The notes beneath the pieces were generated by a model. It searched no databases. It was not told the DNA's origin and saw nothing but the letters and a program-made list of their open reading frames with translations. Made by a program: the position numbers and the translations under genes. A stretch of DNA of 64,000 nt from NCBI GenBank assembly GCA_965216875.1, contig OZ244207.1, positions 544,001-608,000 of the forward strand, read 5' to 3'. The stretch comes from Rubripirellula sp. Lineage in GTDB: Bacteria; Planctomycetota; Planctomycetia; Pirellulales; Pirellulaceae. Positions 1-13,237 of this stretch are shown here, piece by piece (the first letter of the stretch is position 1; each line of letters opens with the position of its first letter).

Positions 1-2173
1 CTTTCGAAACAAAAGCACCGGTGGCGGTTACATCTTTGACCCACACTCGTTGAAGATCGAACACTACCGCACGCCCGGTTACGGAAACCCTTGGTGCCTC
101 GTTTTCGATCGTTGGGGTAACGGCATCGTTGGTGACGGAACCAACGCTCGACAACACTGGCTCGTTCCGCTCGCCGGAAAGGAAGTCAGCTCGCGGCGCA
201 CGATGGAGCCTGTTTTTGACAACGAAAACATGCGGCCGGCCGTTGGCAACGAGTTTCTCTATTCGCGTCACTTGCCTGACGATGTTCAAGGTCAATTCAT
301 CTACGCATGTGTGATCAACATGCACGGACTGACTCGCTTCAATGTTCGCGACGAAGAAGCCGGCGCTGGTTTCGAAGGCGAACGCATCAAAAACTTGCTC
401 GATTCGACCGACATGATCTTCCGTCCGGTCGATCCCAAGATCGGCCCCGATGGTGCGGTTTGGTTTGGGGATTGGTGCAACGCATTGATCGGCCACATGC
501 AGTATTCGCAGCGTGACCCCAATCGCGACCATTCGCACGGTCGGATCTACCGCTTGGTGTATGAAAAGAAGGATCTGCTCGAAACGCTTACCCTTGATGA
601 CAAGTCGGTTCCTGAGTTGCTCGAACACCTCAGTTCGACCTACGAGCTTCGTACTCGGTACCGTATTCGTCGTGAGATTCGCGATCGCGAAAAATCGGAA
701 GTGTACGCCGCGGTCAAAAAGTGGATTGAAGGTGTTGACGACCCAATGCGCCTCTGCGAGGCGATGTGGATTCAGGAGAGTTTCCGTGATCTCGATGCGA
801 GCCTGCTCGACAAGATTCTGGATTCGGATGAATACCGCGCCCGGGCTGCGGCGATTCATACAATCACGAATGAACGCGACCGCGTGTCCGACTTCAAAGC
901 ACGCTTAAAGACCGCCATCAACGATTCGCACCCACGCGTTCGGCTCGAAGCGGCTCGTGGTGTTAGTTTCCTTGACGACCCCGAAGCGACCGCTTTGGCG
1001 CTCGCGATTGCGAATCATCCCACCGACTACTGGATTGACTACACGCTCGAGCACACGCTCCACGCCTTGAAAGGCCAATGGCAGGATGCGGACCTCGACA
1101 AACTGTTGGCCGGTTCCTCCGAGCGTGCAAAGACGTACCTCGAATTGCACAAGCGGATGACGGGCCCTGGCGGCGCGGCGGTCAAGCCTCTGAAGATCGC
1201 CGAGGACGTTGACCGTTCGAAAGCGGAACGATTGTCGGCCGTCCAGCAGTTGCTGCGTGTGCGTGGCGGTCGGGCTCATCGCGGAGCTCCCGTATTCAAA
1301 CAAGTCTGTTCGGCTTGCCACAAACTTGGCGATGTCGGCAAGGCGTTCGGTCCCGATTTGACAGGGGTCGCTGGGCGATTGAGCAAGGAAGAAATCGTGC
1401 GCAGCATCTTGCTGCCCAACGACAAAATTGCCAAAGGGTTCGAAACGGTCCAGATCTTGGACTTTGACGGCGAGACTCACCGTGGTTTCGTGATCAAAGA
1501 AGACGACGAAACGGTTTCGCTAGGCATTGCAAACGGCAAGCAAGTTGACATTGCAACGGACGACATCGAGGTGCGCCGTGACATGAAGGCCAGCTCGATG
1601 CCCGAAGGCTTGATGGCGCAGATTGCCCCGATCGAATTCCTTGATTTGATCGCGTTCCTTGAGCGTCAAAAAGAGATCACGATGCAGGTTCGACCTGACG
1701 GATGGATCACGGCACGCTCGACAAAGGAGCCAAAGCTTCGTGCGTTCAATGGCTTTGCCGAAATCTCGCGTGATGCTGACATCCAACTTGGTCCGACCAT
1801 GACGAACTCGTCATGGAACGATCGGGTTCATCTGTTGCTTACCGATGTCAAACCATCAGGTTTGGGATTTGTGTTCCATTCGGCCGACGGAGCGGAAGAG
1901 CCGGCGATTACGATTCGCTTGGCAAAGGAATCGGACATCCGACACATCTGGCTGCAGAATCGACTCGAGTCACAGTTCTTCTCGCGTGCAGAAGGACTGA
2001 CGATTTGGGTCAGCAATGATGGAAAGGATTTCAAGGAAGTTTGGCATGCCGAGAAACCGAAAGCCGAATGGACTGCCGATCTGCCCGCAGGCGTTCGAGC
2101 CAAGTACATTCGCATCGGACTCGTCGGACGCGGCATCTTCCACCTCAACCGAGTCGCCGTCTTCGGCGAGTAG
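1..2173 (+). CDS. PVC-type heme-binding CxxCH protein (dehydrogenase-like propeller, HEAT repeats, cytochrome c, C-terminal discoidin-like domain); 5'-truncated by window
   Basis: FRPVDPKIGPDGAVWFGDW propeller motif, HEAT-like HPRVRLEA, CSACH heme motif, GPDL and SSMPEGL. Confidence 0.85.
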   Translation, partial: FRNKSTGGGYIFDPHSLKIEHYRTPGYGNPWCLVFDRWGNGIVGDGTNARQHWLVPLAGKEVSSRRTMEPVFDNENMRPAVGNEFLYSRHLPDDVQGQFIYACVINMHGLTRFNVRDEEAGAGFEGERIKNLLDSTDMIFRPVDPKIGPDGAVWFGDWCNALIGHMQYSQRDPNRDHSHGRIYRLVYEKKDLLETLTLDDKSVPELLEHLSSTYELRTRYRIRREIRDREKSEVYAAVKKWIEGVDDPMRLCEAMWIQESFRDLDASLLDKILDSDEYRARAAAIHTITNERDRVSDFKARLKTAINDSHPRVRLEAARGVSFLDDPEATALALAIANHPTDYWIDYTLEHTLHALKGQWQDADLDKLLAGSSERAKTYLELHKRMTGPGGAAVKPLKIAEDVDRSKAERLSAVQQLLRVRGGRAHRGAPVFKQVCSACHKLGDVGKAFGPDLTGVAGRLSKEEIVRSILLPNDKIAKGFETVQILDFDGETHRGFVIKEDDETVSLGIANGKQVDIATDDIEVRRDMKASSMPEGLMAQIAPIEFLDLIAFLERQKEITMQVRPDGWITARSTKEPKLRAFNGFAEISRDADIQLGPTMTNSSWNDRVHLLLTDVKPSGLGFVFHSADGAEEPAITIRLAKESDIRHIWLQNRLESQFFSRAEGLTIWVSNDGKDFKEVWHAEKPKAEWTADLPAGVRAKYIRIGLVGRGIFHLNRVAVFGE

Positions 2174-2420
2174 ATTTCGGTTGGCCTTGATGCATCTCGC
2201 TACGCCCACGCTGGCGTAGCGAATGGGTCAGGCCGTCGCTGCGCTCGCCAGAGCGTGGGGGCAATGGAGGTCGCATTCCAACTTCTAGCGATGATCGCTT
2301 CGACCAGGGGGGGCGCCGAATGGCATCGCTCATTCACCCCCGGGTTGCGGAGACGGATAAGATTCGGCGCAATACTGGTCGAAATGAAAACAGCACACGA
2401 CCGACCCTGCCCGAAATCAA

Positions 2421-3026
2421 ATGCAAGAAGCCCTCACCACCTTTGTATTGCTTTGGACGGTAATCGATCCGATCGGAACGATCCCCGTTTTTCTTTCGGC
2501 AACTGCCGATCAAACGGCCGAAGAACGCCGGCGGACTGCGTACATTGCCGCGTTTGCCGCAGCCGGGATGTTGCTGTTTTTCATCGCCGTGGGCGAACCG
2601 CTGTTGTTGGCGATGGGCGTTCCGCTGCTCGCGTTTCAAATCGCGGGCGGGATCGTCCTGTTCCTATTTGCTTTGACAATGATCTTTGGCGAAAGCAAGC
2701 CGGAAGCCGAAACGAAGATGCTGCGCAGCGTCAGCGACACGGCGATCTTTCCGTTAGCGACCCCTTCGATCGCGTCACCCGGTGCAATGATGGCCGTCGT
2801 GTTGCTTACCGAAAACCAGACGCACACGCTGGTCGATCAAGCGTCGACCGCTGTGTTGACGTTGTTGGTGGTTGGATGCGCGCTGCTTCTGATGCTGACC
2901 GCAACAAAGGTATCGCGGTTCATCGGTCCTGGAATCGCTGGCGTCATTTCGCGAGTGATGGGTTTGATTCTCGCGTCGGTCGCCGCCACCAATGTCCTCG
3001 AAGGGGCAAAGGGATACTTCCAGTAG
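2421..3026 (+). CDS. MarC family inner-membrane protein
   Basis: VIDPIGTIPVF, FQIAGGIVLF, IFPLATPSIASPGAM, SRVMGLILA motifs. Confidence 0.9.
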   Translation: MQEALTTFVLLWTVIDPIGTIPVFLSATADQTAEERRRTAYIAAFAAAGMLLFFIAVGEPLLLAMGVPLLAFQIAGGIVLFLFALTMIFGESKPEAETKMLRSVSDTAIFPLATPSIASPGAMMAVVLLTENQTHTLVDQASTAVLTLLVVGCALLLMLTATKVSRFIGPGIAGVISRVMGLILASVAATNVLEGAKGYFQ

Positions 3027-3027
3027 G

Positions 3028-3396
3028 CTATGGCTTGCCGGTCGTCTGACACGACAGCTCAACGGTGTGTCCGTCAAAGTCTTTGACCACGGCACGTCGA
3101 CCCCAGGGCGAGTCCTTTGTGGGGGAAACGATCGTGGCGCCCTGCTCGGCAAGTTGAGCGACCAGCGAATCGACCTCCGCGACGGCAAAGCCCATTCGGA
3201 CACTTGTGGTCGCGCTTGCCGCGTCGCGTTGAGGATAGATCTCGAACACGAAACCGGTGCTCTCAGCCGCCAAATGCTCGGGGCCGGTTCCGTGACGGTG
3301 TCTTGAGAAAGTGAGCCCCAGTATTTCGTAAAACGTCTTCGCCCGATCCATGTCGGGCGAACGAATGACGATCAAGTTTACAGACGGAGTTTGCAT
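3028..3396 (-). CDS. VOC/glyoxalase family protein
   Basis: NLIVIRSPDMDRAKTFYEILG...DSPWGRRAVVKDFDGHTVEL; start set at ATG 3396. Confidence 0.85.
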   Translation of the reverse strand: MQTPSVNLIVIRSPDMDRAKTFYEILGLTFSRHRHGTGPEHLAAESTGFVFEIYPQRDAASATTSVRMGFAVAEVDSLVAQLAEQGATIVSPTKDSPWGRRAVVKDFDGHTVELSCQTTGKP

Positions 3397-3409
3397 GTTT
3401 TGCCAGACG

Positions 3410-3673
3410 TGAGCCGAACGCGATAGCGTCGGGCCCTCCGAGATGGATAACCGTGTAAGGCCCGAAGCTAGCGCGTTCGGCTCACAATAGCATCTCTCGT
3501 TACCCCGCTCCGCGTGGTAACGCACCTATTGGACGCTCCGCGTCCTTCACACTCCCGTAGCTACCTTCGCCAGAAGGTGGTGCCAGCAGCAGCCAGCTTT
3601 CCATAGTCACCACGCTCTGGCGAGCGTAGCTACCAATGGATGTTAGGGCCCGACGCTAGCGCGTTCGGCTCAC
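3410..3673. repeat. Cluster of REP/REPIN-like palindromes (two families)
   Basis: GTGAGCCGAACGCG..AGCGTCGGGCCC inverted copies; GTAGCTACCTTCGCCAGAAGGTGG / CCACGCTCTGGCGAGCGTAGCTAC pair at 3557-3633. Confidence 0.8.
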
Positions 3674-3690
3674 GAGAATATGACAACCCG

Positions 3691-5193
3691 CTACGGCGCT
3701 AGTGAGCTGAGGTCGAGGCTGTCATTCATTTCCTTTTGCAGCTTCTGCAATCCTGCGAACAGGTCTTTCAATACCGGTTTCATCCCGGCCTGATCCGCCA
3801 GATCCTTCATTTCTAACGGGTCATTCTTGATGTCGTAAAGCCGCAGCACGTTTGCATTCGGGTAGGCGATCAACTTGTATTGATCGGTTCGAATGGAGCG
3901 TTGCTTTTCGAGGTAGGCTCCGTAAATCGCCTTGTACGGACTCTTGCCACCTTCGAGGAGCGGCAGGACGCTGTTGAATTCAACGTGCTGAGGCTTGTCG
4001 ACTTTGGCCAGTTCCAACGAAGTGGGCATGATGTCCTGCAAGTAGACCGGCTCCGAAATCTTGCGTCCCGATTTCACGCCGGGACCGACAACGATGAACG
4101 GAACGCGGACGCTGTGGTCGTAGAGGTTTTGCTTGCCCAGCAAGCCATGTTGGCCGACGGCAAGACCGTGGTCAGCAGTGAAGAAGATCCAAGTGTTGTC
4201 GGCTTTTCCCGTCTTTTCCAATGCGTCGAGCATCCGACCGATCATCGTGTCCATGTGAGTGATGATGGCGTAGTACTCTTGTCGGTGAACCTTGACGGCA
4301 TGAGGAGTGCGAGGAAACGGCGCCAACTTTTCGTCACGCAGTTTCTTGCCGGCGCCGATCTCTTCGGCGTAAGGGTAAAGTGGCTGGAAGTTCTGGGGCA
4401 CTTGCACGTCGTCAACGGGATAGCGATTCACATACTCGGCCGGCGACTGCCGAGGATCATGGGGAGCGTTGAAGGCCAGGTACATGAAAAAGGGTTCGTT
4501 CCGCTCGCCAGCTTCGGCCATGAAGTCGTCGGTGTGATTGGCAACCACTTCGCTCCAGTGCGTGCCCCCTGCCCAGAACCCGCCAAACTTCGGATCCGAT
4601 GGTGACCAAGGATCGTTTCCGTCGGCAAGCGGTCGGTTGTAGCCCGCTTTGGTGTCTTTGGGCATGCCAGGACGAACATCACGAACAACATCGAACGATT
4701 TGTCCGCGCTCGCTCGGCAGTGCCACTTGCCCGTCATGTAGGTGCGGTAGCCCGCTCGCTTCATGATCTCGCCCCACCAACGCCCTTGCTGACGTTCCTG
4801 GTCCGACGTTGCATGGATTGCATTGGCGTTCCAAACGAACCGACCCGAGTTGAGCATCGTGCGACTAGCGACACAAACCGCTCCACTCCAGGAACCCATG
4901 TTGTAGGCATGGGTGAAAGTCGTGCCCCGTTTGGCGAGACGATCGAGGTTCGGCGTTTCCACCTCTTCATTGCCAAGTGCATTGATGGTGTCAAAGCATT
5001 GGTCGTCCGCAAAGATAAAGACGATGTTTGGACGTGTTTCCTCGGCCGACACTGTGGTTGTGAAAAGGATGGCGGCAAACGCAAGGCAAGCAAGCCGACC
5101 AAGAATCTGTACAGGACGCATGAGATGGAACATTGGGTAGATGTGGTGTGATTTCGAGTGTGCGAATAGTGATTGTCGCCTTTTGCTCCGCAA
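3691..5193 (-). CDS. Sulfatase (formylglycine-dependent); true start probably ~5121-5133
   Basis: PNIVFIFADD, CVASR, GKWH, ADHG...GKQNLY. Confidence 0.92.
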   Translation of the reverse strand: MRSKRRQSLFAHSKSHHIYPMFHLMRPVQILGRLACLAFAAILFTTTVSAEETRPNIVFIFADDQCFDTINALGNEEVETPNLDRLAKRGTTFTHAYNMGSWSGAVCVASRTMLNSGRFVWNANAIHATSDQERQQGRWWGEIMKRAGYRTYMTGKWHCRASADKSFDVVRDVRPGMPKDTKAGYNRPLADGNDPWSPSDPKFGGFWAGGTHWSEVVANHTDDFMAEAGERNEPFFMYLAFNAPHDPRQSPAEYVNRYPVDDVQVPQNFQPLYPYAEEIGAGKKLRDEKLAPFPRTPHAVKVHRQEYYAIITHMDTMIGRMLDALEKTGKADNTWIFFTADHGLAVGQHGLLGKQNLYDHSVRVPFIVVGPGVKSGRKISEPVYLQDIMPTSLELAKVDKPQHVEFNSVLPLLEGGKSPYKAIYGAYLEKQRSIRTDQYKLIAYPNANVLRLYDIKNDPLEMKDLADQAGMKPVLKDLFAGLQKLQKEMNDSLDLSSLAP

Positions 5194-5239
5194 AAGTTGC
5201 GTTCACGGACGCTACTTTCGCGGAGCGAAAGGCGACAAT
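5174..5239. repeat. REP-like palindromic element
   Basis: TGTCGCCTTTTGCTCCGCAAAAG...CTTTCGCGGAGCGAAAGGCGACA; second copy at ~47265-47328. Confidence 0.75.
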
Positions 5240-5373
5240 CAAGAAAACACAGCCCAGCGGCGGCCGCCGGTCGGCCCGATTCTAACTCAATCGAACACGC
5301 CATGCGTTGGAGATCGCTTGACGGTGGCACCCGCTTGTTCCGGAATCGGAATGCGTCTCCACGCGAAGCCGCT

Positions 5374-6066
5374 CTAGGAACGCGGCAGGTAGATATCGAC
5401 CAAATTGGGCCGAAAGACTCTGTATTTCACGCCGTGTCGCCAGAGCTTGAAGTAGGCTTCGAGAGGATCGTTCAGGCCACTTCGCTCGGCATAGATCGGC
5501 CACATCAGGTAGTCGCGTAGCATCGCGTCACAAGCAGTGAAGTAAAACGCTGGCCGCAATGCCTTGGCAAATCCAGCCTCGTCTTCGAGCTTGCTGACGA
5601 GCGCCGATCCATTGTTTTGAATCGCCAGCAGCAACTCGCTCTTTTCGGCGTCGTCTTTGGGATGCTTGGGAGCAGTGCCTTCGAGTACTCGGATCTCCGG
5701 AACGGGATCGAGTTGACTCGACAAGGTTTCATCGCCCACCTTATCCGAGATAGATCGTAATCCTGTCAGCCATTGGATTGCTGTCTGCTCGGCATCATCG
5801 GGATCAAGCTTGGGGGGATTGCGAACAACGAAGTAGGCATCGCGCCCACCTTGAGGGCGACGGTCTTCACCAGCGGCCGAAAAGAGCAGATCGAGACGCT
5901 CTTCGATCGCTTTCCCTTCCGGCACCGGATCGAGGATTCCCGGTATTTGTTTTCCGTCTGGACGAAACGCCTGGAAAATGCCAATCAGCGAATCGGAGTC
6001 GACCGCATCACCATCGCCGGTTCCCGCATGATGATGAACGTGGCGGATCAGGGCCTCAACAGACAT
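5374..6066 (-). CDS. Hypothetical protein
   Basis: 230 aa ORF with protein-like composition between two sulfatases; no motif recognised. Confidence 0.7.
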   Translation of the reverse strand: MSVEALIRHVHHHAGTGDGDAVDSDSLIGIFQAFRPDGKQIPGILDPVPEGKAIEERLDLLFSAAGEDRRPQGGRDAYFVVRNPPKLDPDDAEQTAIQWLTGLRSISDKVGDETLSSQLDPVPEIRVLEGTAPKHPKDDAEKSELLLAIQNNGSALVSKLEDEAGFAKALRPAFYFTACDAMLRDYLMWPIYAERSGLNDPLEAYFKLWRHGVKYRVFRPNLVDIYLPRS

Positions 6067-6161
6067 GGAAGCAATCGATTCAAAGCGTGGAAGTTGGCTT
6101 TCGTTTTCCCGGCAAACGCGGAATATACCGTGAACCGATCAAACGTGTCAGTCGTTAACAT

Positions 6162-7547
6162 TCACTGCACCCCCGAATACTCTTCGACGCCCATGCGTTT
6201 CTCCCAGGTCCTGAGTTCTTCGACCAAGGAGGTGACGATTTGGGGCTTATCCTTCGCGATGTCGTGTTGCTCGGCGCGGTCGCTGTCCATGTCGTAAAGA
6301 CTCACCTTGCCACTTCGGTACGCCAGCAACTTCCAATGATCCTTTCGCACCGAGACATAAAGATCTTCGTAGGCTCGGTAGGCAAAAAGCGGTTCGTTGC
6401 GAACGAGTTCACCGTTCGACTTCAGCGTCGGCAACAACGAGATTCCATCAAGTCGATCGAAATCCGATGGATCGCCTCCTGCAACTTCGACGAGTGTCGG
6501 AAAGAGGTCGGTGGTTTGCACGATGCTTGAATTCGTTTGGCCGCCATCGATCACATTTGGCCAGCGGACAATCAGGGGCACTCGAGAGCCCCCTTCACAC
6601 AGCGTGTCGGATCGTTTGCAACCGCGGTAGGGTGACCACTCAAACAAACTGCCCTGATCGGAAGTGAAGATGATCATGGTGTTCTCGGCAATCTTCTTGT
6701 CGGCGATTGCCTGAAGAATCCTGCCGACCGATTCGTCTACCGCCGCCACTTGCGCGGCATAGTCAGCACGTTTCCCTTCCAGGCCTGGTGTGCCAACCAC
6801 TCTCTCTTTGAGGTCCTTCCGGCCGATATTTGGGGAATGCACGTTGTAATACCAAAGCGAAATCATGAACGGCTGGTCTCGCCGATACTCTTTGATAAAT
6901 CGAACCGTTTCGTCCGTGAGTCGGTCGGTCAGGTATTCGTCTTTTGCGTCAGGAAAGACTTCACCGTGGGGCGAGAACGGTGGGTAGTAACTCTTGGGGT
7001 GCCCGAAGTTGCTGGTCCCAATTTGACGGTCGAACCCTTGATGGATCGGATGATACGGTTCATGTCCGAGGTGCCACTTGCCCACAAAGAGGTTGTAGTA
7101 ACCACGTTCCCGAAGCGCTTCGGCATAAGTGATGTGTTCGAGCGGAAGCCAATTGCGACATGGGAATTGTGCCGGATCGGTTTTCCACAAATTGAACTCC
7201 ACGTCCGTGCGACCGTATTGATCAAAATCTGGATGCTTGGGACCGGTCGGAATATGACGGACCATCTCTAGCCGAACAGGGTGCAAACCGGTTAGCAGTG
7301 TTGCTCGACTGGGACTGCACGTGGGGCTGGCAACGTAACACTGTTGAAAGTCCATTCCCTCGTCAGCGAGCTGGTCGATATTCGGCGTTTCGAATCGTTC
7401 AGGATCGCGATAGCCCAGATTGTTCCAGCCAAGATCGTCAACGAACAGAAGTACCACATTGGGTGGATCGCCAGCGCGAGCAAGTATTGGATCGCCAACA
7501 AAGAACGCCAGAAGCAGGAGTGAGGGGACAGATCGCGCGACCATCAT
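6162..7547 (-). CDS. Sulfatase
   Basis: Signal peptide, PNVVLLFVDDLG, CSPSR, GKWHLG. Confidence 0.93.
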   Translation of the reverse strand: MMVARSVPSLLLLAFFVGDPILARAGDPPNVVLLFVDDLGWNNLGYRDPERFETPNIDQLADEGMDFQQCYVASPTCSPSRATLLTGLHPVRLEMVRHIPTGPKHPDFDQYGRTDVEFNLWKTDPAQFPCRNWLPLEHITYAEALRERGYYNLFVGKWHLGHEPYHPIHQGFDRQIGTSNFGHPKSYYPPFSPHGEVFPDAKDEYLTDRLTDETVRFIKEYRRDQPFMISLWYYNVHSPNIGRKDLKERVVGTPGLEGKRADYAAQVAAVDESVGRILQAIADKKIAENTMIIFTSDQGSLFEWSPYRGCKRSDTLCEGGSRVPLIVRWPNVIDGGQTNSSIVQTTDLFPTLVEVAGGDPSDFDRLDGISLLPTLKSNGELVRNEPLFAYRAYEDLYVSVRKDHWKLLAYRSGKVSLYDMDSDRAEQHDIAKDKPQIVTSLVEELRTWEKRMGVEEYSGVQ

Positions 7548-8098
7548 GCGTGTCCTTTGTGCCTATTCCATTGGTGGAAGGTGCCGGGTGTCGAACGAAC
7601 CCGGGGTGTCTAACGTGCCGAGATTATGGGCGTCACAAACGTTTGACATGCTAAGGTCCGTTGATTCGCCCACGCGTCTTTATCTCGGGCGCGCAGGCAA
7701 CCTGCCGCTCCGACTTGGCCACGAAACCACCGAGGAGCATCGCACCGCACAAGATTTTTGGATTACTGCCTGGGGATCGTCCTCCGATTCGCCCTAAAAT
7801 GCGGCACGAAACCGGAGAAAAACTCAGCCGTGTTCCGATGTGTCGACTGACAAACACGGGGCGACGAATCTCGAGCAAAATGCTAAGATTCGGGCAAATC
7901 GTTGGTTCGGTTGGCGGCCGAATCGGCTCGCTAAGGCGGCTCACTCGAGCGACCCAGGCTGTCGCTTCCTTCCCGCTGAGTCCACCGAAGCTACGACCAC
8001 TTTGCAAACAGCAAAACTGAAAGAACCAGGTGAGTCGACGACGCAATCGATGCGTTTCGATTACGACCTGAGAACCTGCAAATCACCAATCACGTTGT

Positions 8099-10909
<2,811 letters not shown>

Positions 10910-10925
10910 CCAGCGATTCCTATCG

Positions 10926-11005
10926 TACGGTGTGTGCTTGCCCGCACCGCTGCAGACTATTTCCTTTGCGAAGTTGGATTTGGTGCGTGCAAGCACGCAC
11001 CCTAC
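10926..11005. repeat. REPIN-like inverted pair downstream of acnB (may also terminate transcription)
   Basis: GTACGGTGTGTGCTTGCCCGCACC ... GGTGCGTGCAAGCACGCACCCTAC followed by a T-run. Confidence 0.65.
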
Positions 11006-11192
11006 CTTTTTTGCTCGCGGGAATGCAGTTTCTCCTCTCTGGCCTGCCTGAATCCTGTTCGCGATTCCCACGGCGACGATCTCGGTTGCAGCCTCGCGCA
11101 ATTCCGTTTTTTTCGGGTTTGGTTGTTAACGCTTTTCGTTGTGGTTCGGCATACTTTGAGACAGGAAAAACTGCCTTGCGCCGGACGCATGA

Positions 11193-11717
11193 ATGGACGA
11201 AAAGCGAAAACGCGAAGAATTCACACAATGCTGGTTGGAAGCTGAACCTTCGGTTTCAGCTTATGTCTTTGCGTCCGTTTCCAGCGTTCACGATGCCGAG
11301 GACGTCACCCAGCGAATTGCCCAGGAGTTGGCGCGTCGATTCGATGAGTACGATGCCGGTCGCCCCTTCGTCGCATGGGCGCTTTGGATCGCAAAGTCGC
11401 GTGTGATCGACTTCTACCGCACGCAAGGACGCAGTCGGCTCGTTTTTTCGGACGAACTGCTTCTTCGACTTGCCGAGACGATTGCCGACCAGCAAGAAGG
11501 ACGAAGCGAACGGCGCGAAGCGCTCGAGGATTGTCTTGACGAGTTGCCAAAGAAGTCTCGCCGCTTGTTGGATCTTCGCTACGTCGATGACCTCTCCGCC
11601 GATCAGGTCGCTCGAGAAATCGCCTCGACCAGCGGATCCGTGCGTGTCCTGCTAACACGCATTCGAACGGCACTGGCCAACTGCGTTCAGCGTCGTCTCG
11701 AGATGGAGAATGCATGA
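11193..11717 (+). CDS. ECF sigma-70 factor
   Basis: DAEDVTQ, FVAWALWIA region 2; SRRLLDLRY...VRVLLTRIR region 4. Confidence 0.92.
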   Translation: MDEKRKREEFTQCWLEAEPSVSAYVFASVSSVHDAEDVTQRIAQELARRFDEYDAGRPFVAWALWIAKSRVIDFYRTQGRSRLVFSDELLLRLAETIADQQEGRSERREALEDCLDELPKKSRRLLDLRYVDDLSADQVAREIASTSGSVRVLLTRIRTALANCVQRRLEMENA

Positions 11718-13234
11718 TGGAAGTTCACGATGAACTTATTGACCGCATGCTCGAGGGTGATGTCTCGGAAGAAGAAGCAGCGGAATTCGAAACGTGGTTG
11801 GAAGATCCTGCCAATCTCCGCTACTTCGCTCGCCGAGCAGAGTTGCATGTCGACCTGCGACGTTCTTTGAACCGAAGGAATATCCAGGCGGTCGCGCTGG
11901 ATCGTTGTGGCGAATCAGAACAGTCGTCACCCCAATCGAGCACCGCGACCGTCGCAAGATTGCCTCGACATCGTGTCGCGATGCTTGTCGGTCTTGCGGT
12001 GGCGGCCAGTCTCTTGTTTGCCTTCCTTCCACGAGGCGGACAAGATGCCCTTCCATCAGCGATCATTGTAAAACGAGTCGATGCGTTGTTGACAAGAGAC
12101 GACCAGCTTTGGAACGCCGGAGAGCTATCGACGGGCCGTTATGAACTGAAGCGGGGGTTGATGAACTTGAGGTTTGGCGGGAACGTTTTGGTTTACGTCG
12201 AAGCGCCCGCGCGGTTCGATGCGGTCACCGACTCACGGGTCGTTTTGCACGCGGGCCGTCTGTCGGCCAAGGTGCCTCCCGAGGGTGTCGGGTTCACGGT
12301 CGAAACACCTGAGGCTGAAGTGGTTGACTTTGGCACCGAGTTTTCCGTTGATGTCGAATCGGGAGCCAGCGAGGTGCACGTCTTCGATGGACTCGTCCGC
12401 GTTCAGCCCAGGTCGTTGGCGGAGAAGGAAAGCAAAGCGGTTGATTTGAAAACGTCTCAGGCGGTTCGCATTGCGGAATCGGCAACCACACCGGTCGACA
12501 TCCCGATTGCACGCGACCGTTTCATACGCGACTTTGACGAACGGAAAGGCCAGTACCCTCGACTCGTTCGCAAGAAACAACCGCTCGCCTACTATCGAAT
12601 GCCCATTCGTGACCGAGGGCTCGTCTGTGAACCGCCCGATTACTCGGGTGTGGTTCTTACGGGAGAAGGTAACCGACCACCGCATGCGCGCGGTGTGCTT
12701 CGGGGCGGATCGCTTCGAGTCAAAGCCGACTCAGCGGGACGCGGCGGACGCGTCGATACGTCGGCGCAGCTGGAAACCGGGCAGATGACGCTTGTCGTGT
12801 TTGTTTACTTGGAAGAGCAATCGGCGTCTGACGCAATCGTCGCGACCAACCTCAGTCGTGCCCACGGCAATTTCGAATTGTCCGTGGATTCGGATGGATT
12901 GATTCGTGCAACCATTCGCGGCGCTGACGGTGAACTCACAACCGTTCGCGGCACCACTTCGCTGTCACCCAAGACATGGCTACACGTTGTCATGACCACC
13001 AATGGAAACTCGCTGGCTCTTTATGAGGATGGTCAAGCCGTGGCGTCCGCTCCCTGCGACTCTTTGGCCGACAGTTTGTCAAAGCAACCGACTTGGTTTG
13101 GAACTGATGGCAACTCCACGCATTTGTGGAATGGGCGGCTCGACGAAGTGGCGATATTCGATAGAGCATTGACGCAACAAGACGTCAGCGAACTGTTCCA
13201 AAACGCGAGTGATGAGATAGCCGGGCTACGGTAA
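11714..13234 (+). CDS. FecR-domain anti-sigma factor with C-terminal LamG-like domain
   Basis: Overlaps sigma stop; TM helix; GFTVETPEAEVVDFGTEFSV (FecR); WNGRLDEVAIFDRAL (LamG). Confidence 0.88.
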   Translation: MMEVHDELIDRMLEGDVSEEEAAEFETWLEDPANLRYFARRAELHVDLRRSLNRRNIQAVALDRCGESEQSSPQSSTATVARLPRHRVAMLVGLAVAASLLFAFLPRGGQDALPSAIIVKRVDALLTRDDQLWNAGELSTGRYELKRGLMNLRFGGNVLVYVEAPARFDAVTDSRVVLHAGRLSAKVPPEGVGFTVETPEAEVVDFGTEFSVDVESGASEVHVFDGLVRVQPRSLAEKESKAVDLKTSQAVRIAESATTPVDIPIARDRFIRDFDERKGQYPRLVRKKQPLAYYRMPIRDRGLVCEPPDYSGVVLTGEGNRPPHARGVLRGGSLRVKADSAGRGGRVDTSAQLETGQMTLVVFVYLEEQSASDAIVATNLSRAHGNFELSVDSDGLIRATIRGADGELTTVRGTTSLSPKTWLHVVMTTNGNSLALYEDGQAVASAPCDSLADSLSKQPTWFGTDGNSTHLWNGRLDEVAIFDRALTQQDVSELFQNASDEIAGLR

Positions 13235-13237
13235 CTC